Positions 1 through 12,800 of a stretch of DNA of 64,000 nt are shown here, in pieces. The notes beneath the pieces were generated by a model that had not been told where the DNA came from, made no database searches, and saw only the letters and a program-made list of their open reading frames with translations. The translations under genes were made by a program, and so were the position numbers. Position 1 is the first letter of the stretch; each line of letters opens with the position of its first letter. This DNA is from Veleropilina oligotropha (lineage: Eukaryota), in assembly GCA_048128005.1 (NCBI GenBank), contig JBEUKZ010000096.1:558001-622000 (forward strand), written 5' to 3'.

Positions 1-71
1 CTGTTGTTAAAAAATAGAATTTCAAGCAGGGGAGACATTCCTGTTATTGTGGACAATAACAACATCTAATT
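1..71 (+). mobile_element. 3' end of a non-autonomous Helitron/HINE-type repeat
   Basis: Nearly identical to 38494-38562, including the subterminal palindrome TGTTATTG-TGGA-CAATAACA. Confidence 0.65.
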
Positions 72-79
72 AAGCATAT

Positions 80-309
80 ATGTGCCTCGGTTCACCCAGC
101 CGACTTAGTAGGTACTTGGTTGACGTGTTAATTAGTCGTAGCGCTCGCTAGTGGCTGCTTGACTAGTAATAGTCTCAAAGAGAGCGAATATGGATCCATG
201 ATCAGAACAGGCCGATAAAAACCAGGGATAATAAATTGTGACAGCGTCTGCGAGCATATATATATGGATACAGCGCTACATAAATCTCCAATTATTATTA
301 TTATTATTA
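80..309 (+). mobile_element. SINE 3' half (Deu/Nin-like core, L2-type tail)
   Basis: TGCCTCGGTTCACCCAG...GGTAC core, tail GCGCTACATAAAT followed by (ATT)n like the L2 tail near 44665-44697; a related inverted fragment lies at about 4305-4460. Confidence 0.5.
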
Positions 310-647
310 AGTAGAAAAATTCCTGACATTTGACGATCTGGCAAATCTGGAATTGTGGTCAGAAATGTACAGAGATAACATTGGATTTGAATGCCAGTTT
401 TATGACTATTAGAGTCGGAATAATTTAAATAATATCTCCGTTCAAATATTAGTTAGCAAGATTTGATCTATCCCTTAAGGCTTTTAAAACTTTTGAACTT
501 CCTGTCGTCACAAGTATCGTGCTCATATTGAATTTAGCCACGATAAAAGAGTTCTAACATAGTAAATACGACATTCTAACCATGAGTATATAAAAATATC
601 TTTGACCGCCCAAAGCTTAACTAGAGGGAATTTTTTCTGTTGGCCAG

Positions 648-822
648 GTCAACGCACCAGATGATGACGGGATTTTGGTCGGAAACTGGTCGGGCAATTA
701 TCGTGGAGGGAACCCCCCTCAGAGCTGGCTGGGGAGTGTAGCCATCATTGAGCAGTTCTACCGCTCCAAGTCGCCGGTGCAGTTTGGCCAGTGCTGGGTG
801 TTTTCAGGCTTGGTTACCTCAA
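648..822 (+). CDS. Transglutaminase exon with catalytic Cys
   Basis: [21 protein letters not shown]...[17 protein letters not shown] 646-647, GTAAGT at 823. Confidence 0.96.
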
Positions 823-3800
823 GTAAGTGCTGATGCTACAATATTTTTGACAGAAGAAAATATGCTGTGTGTAATCACTTTAAGGTTGGTTTTCCTGTAT
901 TCTGCCACACAAATAGATTTGTTCAATTCTTGCTCTGATGTGACTTTATAATAAAAATATTATTAGGGCTATTCCATTTAATTTTGTATCACCCCCAAGG
1001 GCGGCAGGTCACTTGTTAATTCCAGGGTGGTTGGTATCGGGAAATTGTGAAATTTCAGGGTGGTTACTGGATCAAATAATTCGATATCCAGGATGGTTTG
1101 GTGGTGAATTTTCGCTGCTATATATGAAGGGTGGGTGGTTACTTGAAACTCATATTATTTTAGAAGGGTGGGTGGTCCGAAATTTGTATGATGCATGGGT
1201 TGTGACTTGCCGTTTGGTATTAAAATGTGTATGATGTTGATACTGTCGCACTTTGTCGTATGTAATGTTTACAATGCAATAAACTAGTTCATTATTGTTT
1301 TAAATGAAAATACGATGTAATAAACTATTTAACTACTGTTACTTGCCTATTTGTATGAATAAACATTATTTTCACCACTTATTTGTTCAACTTTATTCCG
1401 TTATAAGTCTGCCGAAACCCTGTTAAACTTCCGTCAGCCATGCTTGTTTGTATAGAGTTCTGGGTTCAGTTCAATGAAAGCGAACGTTAGCTAACGTAAC
1501 AGTCGTTACCTAGACGCTTTGAGATATAATGAACGCCAGTTGACACTTCAGTTACTGTACATACTGATAGGCACATACCCATCTTAAAATTAATTACCCC
1601 TCCCTGATTTGTTTTTTTGGATTACAGGATGAAGAAACAGCAGTCGAAAATACCAAAATGTTGAATGCTATGCTATTCTTTCACATCTATTTTATTATCC
1701 CCCGCGGCTTCCGAAGGGGGATATAGGGATAGCCTCCGTCCGTCCGGTCACACTTTTGGTTAAAGTTTTTGGATGCGGAATTACATGCATTTAATGGATG
1801 AATAACTCAATAAAACCTTTTTAGATGGAAAGTAGAAATCTTTAGCCTTTAGCTGGAACCAAAAATGAAAAGATTTTTTTTTTATTTTGTGAAAAAAAGC
1901 ACTTTGAACATAGACATTTTTCGGTTAAAGTTTTTGGTTAAAGTTTTTCTTTTGAGTGTATATCGATTGCTCAAGGCTTTAGTAATGGTTATATGGATGT
2001 GACCTGATACTCTGGCAATGATTTACATTATAATTTTATATAGATAATTCATGAAATTGGTGTTTTGGGACATAGAAATTTAGTTAAAATTTTTCAGTTA
2101 AAATTTTTCAAAGAGTGCTTATACAATGGTCATTACACTTTTTTGCACACTTATGCTTTGTTGCTGGCTATATTGATGTTAGCTGCTAGCCTGGCAGTGA
2201 TATTGAACAAAATTTATTATAAATAATTTGTGAAATTGATGTGTTTATATAAAAATATAGTTTTAATTTTGTAGGTAAAGTTTTTTTGATGATTGCATAT
2301 AGGTTTAGTAAAGCACTTTTTTAATGCATATACTTTGGTGTTGACCATATTGACACTCCATGTAAATGCTATTCTGGAAGTGATATTTAATAAAATTTAA
2401 AATAAAATAATGTTTTTTGACATAGAAATTTAGGTAAACATTTTCGGTGAAAGTTATTCAATTACTGAATATTGATTGATCAAGACATGTTGTTGCAAGC
2501 ATATGCATCGGTGTATGTTTCGTAGTTGTTACCTGCTATTGTTACAGTTATATTGATTATAATTTAATTCAAATATTCTGTGAAATTGTATTTAAAGTTC
2601 CTGGTTAAATTTTTTTCAGTGAGTGCATATGAGTTGACTTTGTGATGCTACATGCTGCTCTGGCAGTGGTGTTGCATTCATTTAAAACAAACTTTGTTAA
2701 ATTTGTGTATTTGGACATAGAAATAAATTTTGATTAATTTGACACAAATAATGTGTTACATTTGCAAGTTTGGACAAAGTTATTCAATTAGTGCATGTGT
2801 GCTGCTCAAGATATATTTTATACATGTATATATGCTGGTTGATAGATCTAGGGATTAAAGACCAATTTCGATCAAAAATCTCCATACTATCAAAACATTG
2901 TACTAAATCTATTTCTTACATATAATTTATATTATGTTTTCCTAATATTTACACTAGCATAAATAATATACTATGCGAAATAAAACAAGTTACGAAAAAC
3001 TATGTTGTGTTTTTATTTGTACTTAATCTACTACTGATGTTATATATTTCAGATATTTCAATGATTGACAATGTGTTGTCATAAGAGTATGAATCACAAC
3101 GCTGAACACGTTTCTTTATCATATCTTACTGACATTACAATTAATTCATTAACTATGTATGCTGATTAATAATCATTTGAATGGGAAATAACCTAGACAA
3201 GACTGACTCGCGTGTCACAAATTATATATACTCTTTATTTTGAATCTTTGATATTCATTAAATAGCAAGCAAATAAATATTTTGAATTTATCGTTGTCTT
3301 TGATTTATTCATGATTACACGTTGCTATGTTTGTACATAGTTCATTCAACTTGGATAGTTTGGCAATGTTCACTTTCATTTAACTCAACCAAGGTCTCGC
3401 CGAATGCGGGATTTCATGCTACTTTTTACATGGTTCTTATAATTTTTTATTTCTTCTAAATTTCTGTTCTTGCTTCATTTTCTTTCTTACACCATCCTCA
3501 AAAGCTAAGGATCGACCTAAACTTCGCATTCCCCTGCATTGTAAACTGTCACCTGTTTTGGAAACTGTGTCACCTATTTATAACTTCGAATTCACCTGCT
3601 GCAGTTTTCGATGCGCATGCGCGGCTAACTCATGTCACGATTAAACCAATCGGGTGCCCAGATTATCAGGTTCTTGAATACAGGCCAATGTTATGTGAAT
3701 ACATTATGTTTCGTCATGGGTTTTCTATGCAATGGAATCGACGCTACATCTGGATACTAATGAATATTCATGAGCTGACTGAAATATCGGAAAATCACGC

Positions 3801-6800
3801 TTTCTTTTGAGACCAATTTTATCCAAAACAAAGATGGCTGAAGAAAGTTTGACCAGTTTATAAAATCGATCTTTCGAGCAATAAAATGACTTATAGCGGA
3901 ATAAAATTAGGCAAACAAGGCACTAAAAGATCGTTTAGTCACATGTATACAGGCAAGTAAAAACAAAACACAACAATTCATAAACATTGGTTTATAGATA
4001 TATTTACGGCATAAACAAATATTTCATTTTTGCGAAATTTGCTAATTTCATGCAGCAAATTTCATGCTATCGATATCCGAACGACCCCCTTAAAAACAGA
4101 TGGTGGTTACTTGCTGACATTTTTTATTTATTGAAGGGTGGTTGTCACACGCAGTTAAAAAATTTAATATCCAGGCTGGTTATAGATAACAATTTGCTGT
4201 TATTGAGGGAGGTTCCACAATGGAACCAGGGTGGTTGGTCCTAGATTGTTTTGCCAAACTTGGGGGGGATACGAACTTAAATGGAATAACCCTTACTTTA
4301 TAGGTCTTATATTATATATAGCGCCTGTATATATATATATGGGCCTGTTCCATTCGATATGCCATCTCATTTCCCTCAGGGAGCAATACAGTCATTACCC
4401 GCGACTTACATAACTGCCAACCAGGTACTCGTTCTGATTAGCTGGATGGACCGAGGCAAATATATTGCTTATTTCCTTGCCCAATTGAAATAGCCGAGCT
4501 CCGGAGGTAAACGCGAGTGAACTACCCACATATCAGTAATTTAATTTTACGAGATACATTTTCCAATATTTTATTTCATTCGTTAGTATAAAGTAAAATT
4601 AGCATGAATATTGGTTTTCATTTGGAGTGTTGTATAAAGTCTTGAATTCATTATTAAAGTAATATTAAACAATCCATTCACATGTTCATGATATATGTAC
4701 AAGCAGCTAAAGTATGTCACAATGAATTTTCGTGCTATATGAAACAACTTAAAATAAATTTAAAGCAACAAATATTTCATTTCAAAATTTTCCCGTTCAC
4801 AATCAATACAATATCTTCAGCTTTTGTTATCATAATTTTGCCCTAATAATAATCTTGGTATATTATTTTTGTATGTAGTTTGCCGAGCTCTTGGTCTTCC
4901 CGCCCGTAGCGTCACCAACTTTGCGTCGGCTCATGACTCTGACGGTAGCATCACAATCGACTGCCATTTCAATGACATTGGCGAACCACTAGACGAATAC
5001 AACCATGACTCGGTTTGGTAAGCTGTAGTCGAATACAACCAATGATTCTGTCTGGCAAGCTGTAGTCGAACACAACCATGAATCGGTTTGGTTATCGAAG
5101 CTGTAGTCGAATGCGACCATGACTCGGTCTGGTAAACTGAATTTCTATTACAAATATATAATATTCTATTATTCAAGAGATTGAAGTAGCACTTGTCTAC
5201 TCTTAAAAACACAATTCACTTTATGCACAGGAACTTTCACGTATGGAACGATGTCTGGATGGCTCGTCCGGATTTACCCGCCGGATACGGAGGCTGGCAG
5301 GCGATCGATGCTACCCCGCAAGAACGAAGCGATGGTGAGATGATGGCATAATATCAGTAAAACAAATTTTGTCCAACTTGATTAAGTGGCCACCAAGTGG
5401 ATTTAATGCTGGAACACAATGCCATAGACTTGGTTTAATTAAGTAATTATTAGGTCTTAAAAGTTAATGGCGAAACCATTATTTCTCATTTATTCATCAA
5501 TATAGATAACCACGTATATTCCATTTTATGAACATTCACTTTCATTATTCTTGTTATAGGTGTGTTTTGTGCTGGGCCCATGTCTCTTGTTGCTATTAAG
5601 AAAGGGGAAGTGACTCTTCCTTACGATGGTCCATTCTTGTTTGCGGAAGTCAATGCCGACAAGGTGATGTGGGTTCAATGCGGAAGCACTTGGAGGAAGA
5701 TATTGAAGAAAGGAGTGTAAGTTTGTTTACGTCAAATTGACGTTAAAATCAAAGATTCTTAATTGATAGATCACCACAAGTAGTGACGCCAATACTTAGT
5801 GCAACCCACACGAGCACCAGCAGGGTTGGTTCTAAGGGAGGCGACCTGAATAATAGGAGAGAGAACCAGTGTGAAATTTAGACAACTCGTTTAATTCAGA
5901 GCGTAAGACAGAGAGGCAATTTACAAATGGGTTGACAAAGATAAAACAGGTTATATGAGAAATAATCCCAAAGACTATGAATGTTACGACTAAGTAGCTC
6001 CATGATAATGTTCACAATTCCTTCTACCCAACATTACTCCATGCTTCATCTAATTCAATCATATTCACATGTGTATGATAAGGGCACATAGACCCAACCT
6101 GATACCATATTGAAGAAGTCAACAGCAACCAGAATGTTATCTCATATTTCAATACACAAGAATAACCTCATCAACCAAAATGTGATTGCAAACTAATAGT
6201 GTAATAAAACATTTTCAAGTTGTCTAGGGGATTTTGCTGCAATATTACACTCCATATATCCCTTTATGTTAACTAATAAAAACGAAATATCATCTCTCGA
6301 TTTATCAAAGTAATGTCACATAATAATGTATCGAACTATGATTTGTCATAGAGCACAATTCCCCTGAATATTTTATAGAATATCCACTAAGCCAAACAAA
6401 GTTACTTCCCTTTAACCACAATATCCAATAGTCAACACAGAGTTATCCTTCTACATGGCTTGCTTTGGATAAATTACAATATACACAATCATCCACTAGC
6501 TGCATCATTATTAACCAAGACAGCTTACTATTATTCATAGAATTATCATTGATTCAAATAATCTCAACCACGAACAGAACATAGATATCACAAGACATGA
6601 CTAAATGGAGCACATTGTGAGTGAACGTCATATTCTATCAAGTTACCTCGCTGTAATATGAACAATTGACCAAAATCAACATTTGTCATTTTAGATTATT
6701 ATAAAGTATTTCAGAATTCAGGAATCACATTGTATGTTATGTACAAATATATTTTATGCTTAAATATGACTAGTGACACACAATGTGACATATAGTGACT

Positions 6801-9800
6801 AGTGAACATGTGCATCTGGTGACCACATGGCGGGAATCTCGATATCGGTCTCAGAACATTTACACTAAAATATCAATTACATCATTATGCATCTTTCCTG
6901 CACAATTCACATGAAACATAACATTTTCATCACATATTTATACACCATCTATGCGAATGTCATACGATATTATACATTAAATACCTGAATAATAGGAGAG
7001 AGAACCAGTGTGAAATTTAGACGACTCGTTTAATTCAGAGCGTAAGACAGAGGGTTCTGGGAGTCACGTGACTGTTATCCCCAGTGCTTTGGCGGACATA
7101 GTTATTTCCCCTTCACTGCTATTTGCATGAAGATTGCAATCATGACAATAATATATAGCAAATAATTACATACTCATGAGCGATGCATCACGAATCACGG
7201 CATTGCAGGATATTCACATACTATTTAAGCTATACTGTAAATATAAAAAATATTACCCCTTCTATAAATGCCCAAGAGTCTCAAAACCTCTTGACTGTCA
7301 CATTAGTAGCCTAATGATCGACGTTAAGAAAGCATGTGTTGTCGGCTTTCATGAGTCTCATTGTAAACTGGATCACTGCTCTTTGAACCTACTGTAGCTG
7401 TATTGTCGTACATGGGATCCGGGAATGGCAGTGGTTTTGGTACAGTCACCTGACCAAAATTGTAGCTGTTTGGTATCTCAGGCACATTCACTTACTGTGC
7501 TCATGTTGTACTTGTAAAAATATTGACTCGCAGTTAAATAAGATTTTGAAATGATCAGTAATGAGTTAAACCATCATCTATTGATCTTCGTTACGCTATA
7601 AATATCAAATCAGATGATTGTGTCAAGGCTATGAGCTGGAGCATTCGTCTGTCTGTCACTTCTTTTCATTGGTTGATTTTGTCACGTTAGTATTGGGAAG
7701 AAGATCAGTACGAAGAAGTGTTCCTTCCGGATGGCTCCCGTCATCAGCTGCAACAGCCGGCAGGACGACCCAGACCGCGAGGACGTCACCGGGGAATACA
7801 AGTACCCAGAAGGTATTGCCAGCTCCTGAAGAGCTACTAAGAAGCCAAGGGGAGGCTATCTATGCAGACGTGGAGGTTACATATCTACCAAATATTGTAT
7901 TTTATGTCAGCTTATTGTTGAGTTAACAGCATTTATTTCCTGTAATTTCAATGTATCCCCTGATGACTTTTGGAGGATACTATGGTTTAGCGTCCATTAC
8001 GCCGCGCCGCCGAGAGATTACTCGTGATCGCTCTAGACAGATCATTTCTTAACGGGATGTTTTCAAATTTGGTATGTACATCAGTTGGGTGAGGACACAC
8101 TATGGATTTCGACAGTGATCTGACCTACAAGATGGCCGCTGTAGCCACCATCTTGGATATTAAAGCGTAATTCCTTGTAATTCATTTCATTAAATCAATT
8201 TTAATAACACGAATTATGACCATAATTTTTTATGAAGTTTCATAACATTACCGGCTTGTGCTTCAGAGTCTGTTGAAGAACGGTATGCTGTGCGAAGAGC
8301 AAACCAAACCGGGAGTCTTCGTGATGACATTTATGACACGGGACCTGAGGTAAGAAATGAAGTGGGCTTGCGCATAGATATCGGTGTACACATATTAATA
8401 TGTTCATGATCTCAAATCCTAGTTTCTTCAGTTAGGCAAAGCTAGAATTTTTTACAAACATTTAAACAAGCCCGTTTGCATTTTGTGATATTATAAAATT
8501 AATACGACTGACAAATACAGGTTTATAACAAACATTATCGTAATCACAAAATTTGGCAATTAATAAAATAAGTAAGTTAATAAAATATTAAAATTGCCTA
8601 TGGTGCTACATGATTGCATTTGTTGAATGGTAAGCACAAATACATTCCTGTTATTTACTTGTATCCTGGACAATAGTAGGAGATACTATGCTTTTTATGC
8701 CACCACCAATTTATTGGGGTGGCATTTAGATTTACTCTTGTCCGTCCCGTCCGTCCGTCCCGTCCCGTCCCGTCCGTCCCGAAACCAGTATTTGCGTGTA
8801 AGCAACTCCAATCTGCTATAACTTCTATTTGCCTTCATGGATTGACTTGATACGTTGTACACTGCCCCTATGGTCAAGGCTGCCAGTGGGGGCATTCGTG
8901 TCCGATGGACATATTTCTAGTTGTCTCCGTTTCCCACCGGTTCCGCTGATGCCGCCATATAGATTGCTTGTGTGCACTTTACGGTTAAATTTGATTTGCA
9001 CATTAGTTACGACATATGTAGTCATGCAAGACTGAAATATTTTGTTAATTGTTAATATAGCATTTCGTTTGTCCTTCTTTCCGTTCTTCCGGTCGTTTGA
9101 TTTTGTCCGGAGCTTATCTCCAAAGCAGAAGATGTTAGCTTCACGAAACTTCATACACTCAGTACTGAGTACTTGTGCCTTTTGCTATTTTCAGGTTTCC
9201 AAAATTATTATTTTTACAAAAAATGGCGGATATATGATTGACATAGACTACAATGAACGAATTCACCGAACTGAGTGTTTTGTCCGGAGCATCTTCCAAA
9301 CCATATTACCTCAATATGCATTGGGAATCATATGAATTTATCATGTTTAATTCTGCAAACAACAATCAGAAATAATGATTTTGAAATTAAATTGAAGCTA
9401 ATCATGCTGAAATTTTCACACAGATAAGTTTTAATTACTGTAGAATATCTATATTTCGCCTATATTTTTGAAGCTGGTCGATCTATGTTCGTCATGAATT
9501 ATTCATTAACATAAAATATCAATGACATTCATTGTCTGTCTTACCAAACTTGGACATTGAATGGATTTTGAAAACTGAGTTCCTCATTGATTTATTCCAT
9601 GGGTATCTTGAAATGGCACTATATAATGCCATTACAAGAACTGTATATCCAGTGTCTAATATCACTCTCCTCAACTGGCCAGGGTTCAAACAATTGAATC
9701 CCCAGACTATAAGTCTGGGATACTATGGTTTAGTCATCGCTTCGCCGCAGCCTCTGCAGAGGTTTCTTATTTTTTAAAGAATAATGACGGATATAACATT

Positions 9801-12800
9801 GACATAGACTTTAATTATTGAAAGCGCCGAATGGGGGTATTTAAGCTGTGCTTCTTTCTTCTTGCATTTAAGCTACCGTATATACTCGCGTATAAGTCGA
9901 CTTCGCGTATAAGTCGACCCCCCTATATTCGACTTGGAAACTACCATATGTAGTTACAAACATACTTACGTCCTTACTCTTGCCATAATAGTCATATTAT
10001 CGCCAACCGGAAACAGTGAATAATGTCACAATTATGCACTCCTTTTAAGTCAAAACACTACGATTACCTCCCCTGCTCCACCTCTCCTAAGTTCCCCCAG
10101 CGAGATCTCGCCAAGTCTCGCGAGACATCCGAGCTATCGAAGTCACAAGACCTCAATTCAAAGTTTTCCGCCATGACGGAAAAACGTGTTTTGTTGCTCC
10201 GCAAATATTTCGATGTCTGAGATTTATACGTTAAATCGAAGGACGCTTTTCAACTTATATTAATATTATAAGTTGTGGAAAGAATATACCCTGTGTTGTG
10301 GATACTTAAACATCAGTGAATTGGAAGATTATATCAAAAACTTCGAGAAGTTGTGTGATTACAAGTGAAACCGACATCGCCGCCGTTGCCGAGAAAAGCA
10401 TGGCCGCTTAGAGGGGAAGTTTCGTGTGTTAAGAAGAAATTTCTGGTCGGTATATTTTATCTGATATTGTTTGAGACTGCAAACAGGTAACTCATTATAT
10501 TGGATAATTCCTTAACGATGCTTGTTGCTGGTAATTATTGTATAAATATTTAGCGTCGTTAAAAGGCAGGATTGTTTCGATATCAACTTTAGTTATTCTG
10601 ATATCCTGCCGTTACTGGGATAATACACCATTGTACTAATTTAAAAAACATCCACGAGGTTTTCAGGTGTTTTCCTGGGCGGTTTTTTCTAAGAAAGAAC
10701 CCCCGTTTGTTTAGTCTATTTGTCGGGTTTATTACCCGGCCTCGGTGTTCCCAGTTCGGGGTTATTTTGCGGTATATCGCCTGATCTTTGATCTTCAGAT
10801 TAGGGCAATCTAAAAGTTGTAGTAGTAAAAGTCACAACTACCAAACATATACCTTTTTATCTACCCCGTTCCACCCACTACCACCCTCCCGTGTATCAGC
10901 TATGGTCCGGTGCGGTAGCTCCGGGTGTAACCAAAGAAGATTCACGGAATTTGATACGCACACGGAATGCCGTGTTCACCGTAACTGCTGTAAGTTTATA
11001 AATGTGAACTGTGCCTAGTTTTAACAGAGAGGCAGTGGGCGATCTTATTTCCACCAGTGAAGCCGACCAGAGCGGTTACCACGGTGGGTTCTCCCCCGGA
11101 GAAGGGACAAAATGGTAGGTTAAAGGGAATTAACGTTTTTTTGTCTACTTCAGGGACGCTGGATGACAGTCGACCAATAAACCGTCTGTCGCCGGATCTA
11201 CCGGCGAAACCTCCGCGACTCATGGGGGAGTCGCCGAAACCTTGCCGGGACCCCAGATTCAGGTAGGAGAATAAACGCCCGAGTGCTGTTCGATCCTCCT
11301 CAAACGGGCCTAGTAACTGCAGCCAACCATACCTTGCCGGCTAGCAAGGTATATCTGGCAGTGCGGCGAACCGCTGAACAGGGCAGACAATCCCCTTCCT
11401 TTTCTTCGGCCTCGAAGAATACGGGGAACGTTAGTCCTTCTGCGGGAAACTCTCCGTTTAACGACGGAGAGCAACCCAATGAGAAAGCCAATAAAGAGGC
11501 CGGACACCATTACGATGGTCTAAGATCCGGACAATTGGCGACGCCTGAAACCTCGTCCGAGACCGACGCGACTAACCCTCAGGTTTTTCCGCTCAACCTC
11601 GGAGCTCACGATGTTTTCAGAGGGCCCGTTCTCTCCCGTGCACCCACGATGGTCACGCTAGATAACGTGGACAGACCGGCTGCGTTCGGGATGGGGTTTT
11701 ACGGTGATCCGACCGTGCCTCGCTCGAACAGAGCGGTAGACCGATACGGACTGTTGCCGCTGTCCTACCGGTCGTCCGGCCCACCGAACGCGCCTTCGGG
11801 CCGTTCTTTCGGGTTCGACCGCTCGACAAGTGCCCCGAGACCCTGGTTATCGGCTCCACCTGTCCATGCAGCCCGTCTACCTAGCGCCACGGTATCCTCG
11901 ACAGAACTACCGGCTGTTAGTTCGACGCCCGTCCTGCCTCAGGGTTTCTCTTTGGAGAACGTCCAGGCATGGATCGCGGCGGGGTTCGAGGCCCAATGTA
12001 AGGACTGGCCGACGGCTCCCCAGCCGCGCCTGTTACCTACATTTCTGCCCATGGCGCAGAGCACGGCTCCTGCCTCCGTGATGGAGATCGACCCTCGTTC
12101 CGGCGAGGACCTCGATTCTTATCACTCCGACCTCCCTGAATCGGTCGGGCCCGAAGACGGTAGTCTTTCAGGCACGCAGGAGCCGACCTCCACCACCCGC
12201 CGAAGGCTAGACGCCGTTGCGTCACTTCGCGGGGTGCTTGGCTTGCCGGAACCGACTCGGTCGGACGTAGGCTCGGTCAAGCACAGGACGGTGGCACATC
12301 GGTTTGTTGAGAGGGAAGCCCCCTTGCTTCCTTCCTTACCTCAGTCTGGGCTTGTTGATCTGGTGGTAGACTCGACAACGAAGCTCATTCAGGGGCGCAA
12401 TCCGGTGGAGTCCTCCCCATTGACGGAGTTCCCTTCGGGGTTCCGTAGTGGCAGGTACTTCCGGGCCAGTTCGCGTTCGATCCCGTTCGCATGTACTGGT
12501 CCGTGCCTGGCGACTGAGCGGCTCGTGTTGACGCAGCGATGCGTCGACTGACTGCCAGTCACACTCCCTCTGTAGCGAAAGTTCCTTGGTCCGCCTCGGA
12601 AGCTTCGAGAGCTCCGCCCGACGGGCTCTGCGGCTGTCGTCCGTTCAGGAGTTTTTCCTAGACGGGGCGATAGCCGTATTACAGGAGGACGGACCCGACA
12701 ACCGTGGGCTGCCCTGTCCTTCCTCCAGGAGGTTGCTGCCGTTATGGAGACCAGCGCGTTGGAGACGGGACGTGTCCTGGGATAACGCACTCCTACTTCG

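Noticed and set aside
7618..7926. 102-aa ORF
   Set aside because: Out-of-frame overlap with the real transglutaminase exon 7691-7812.
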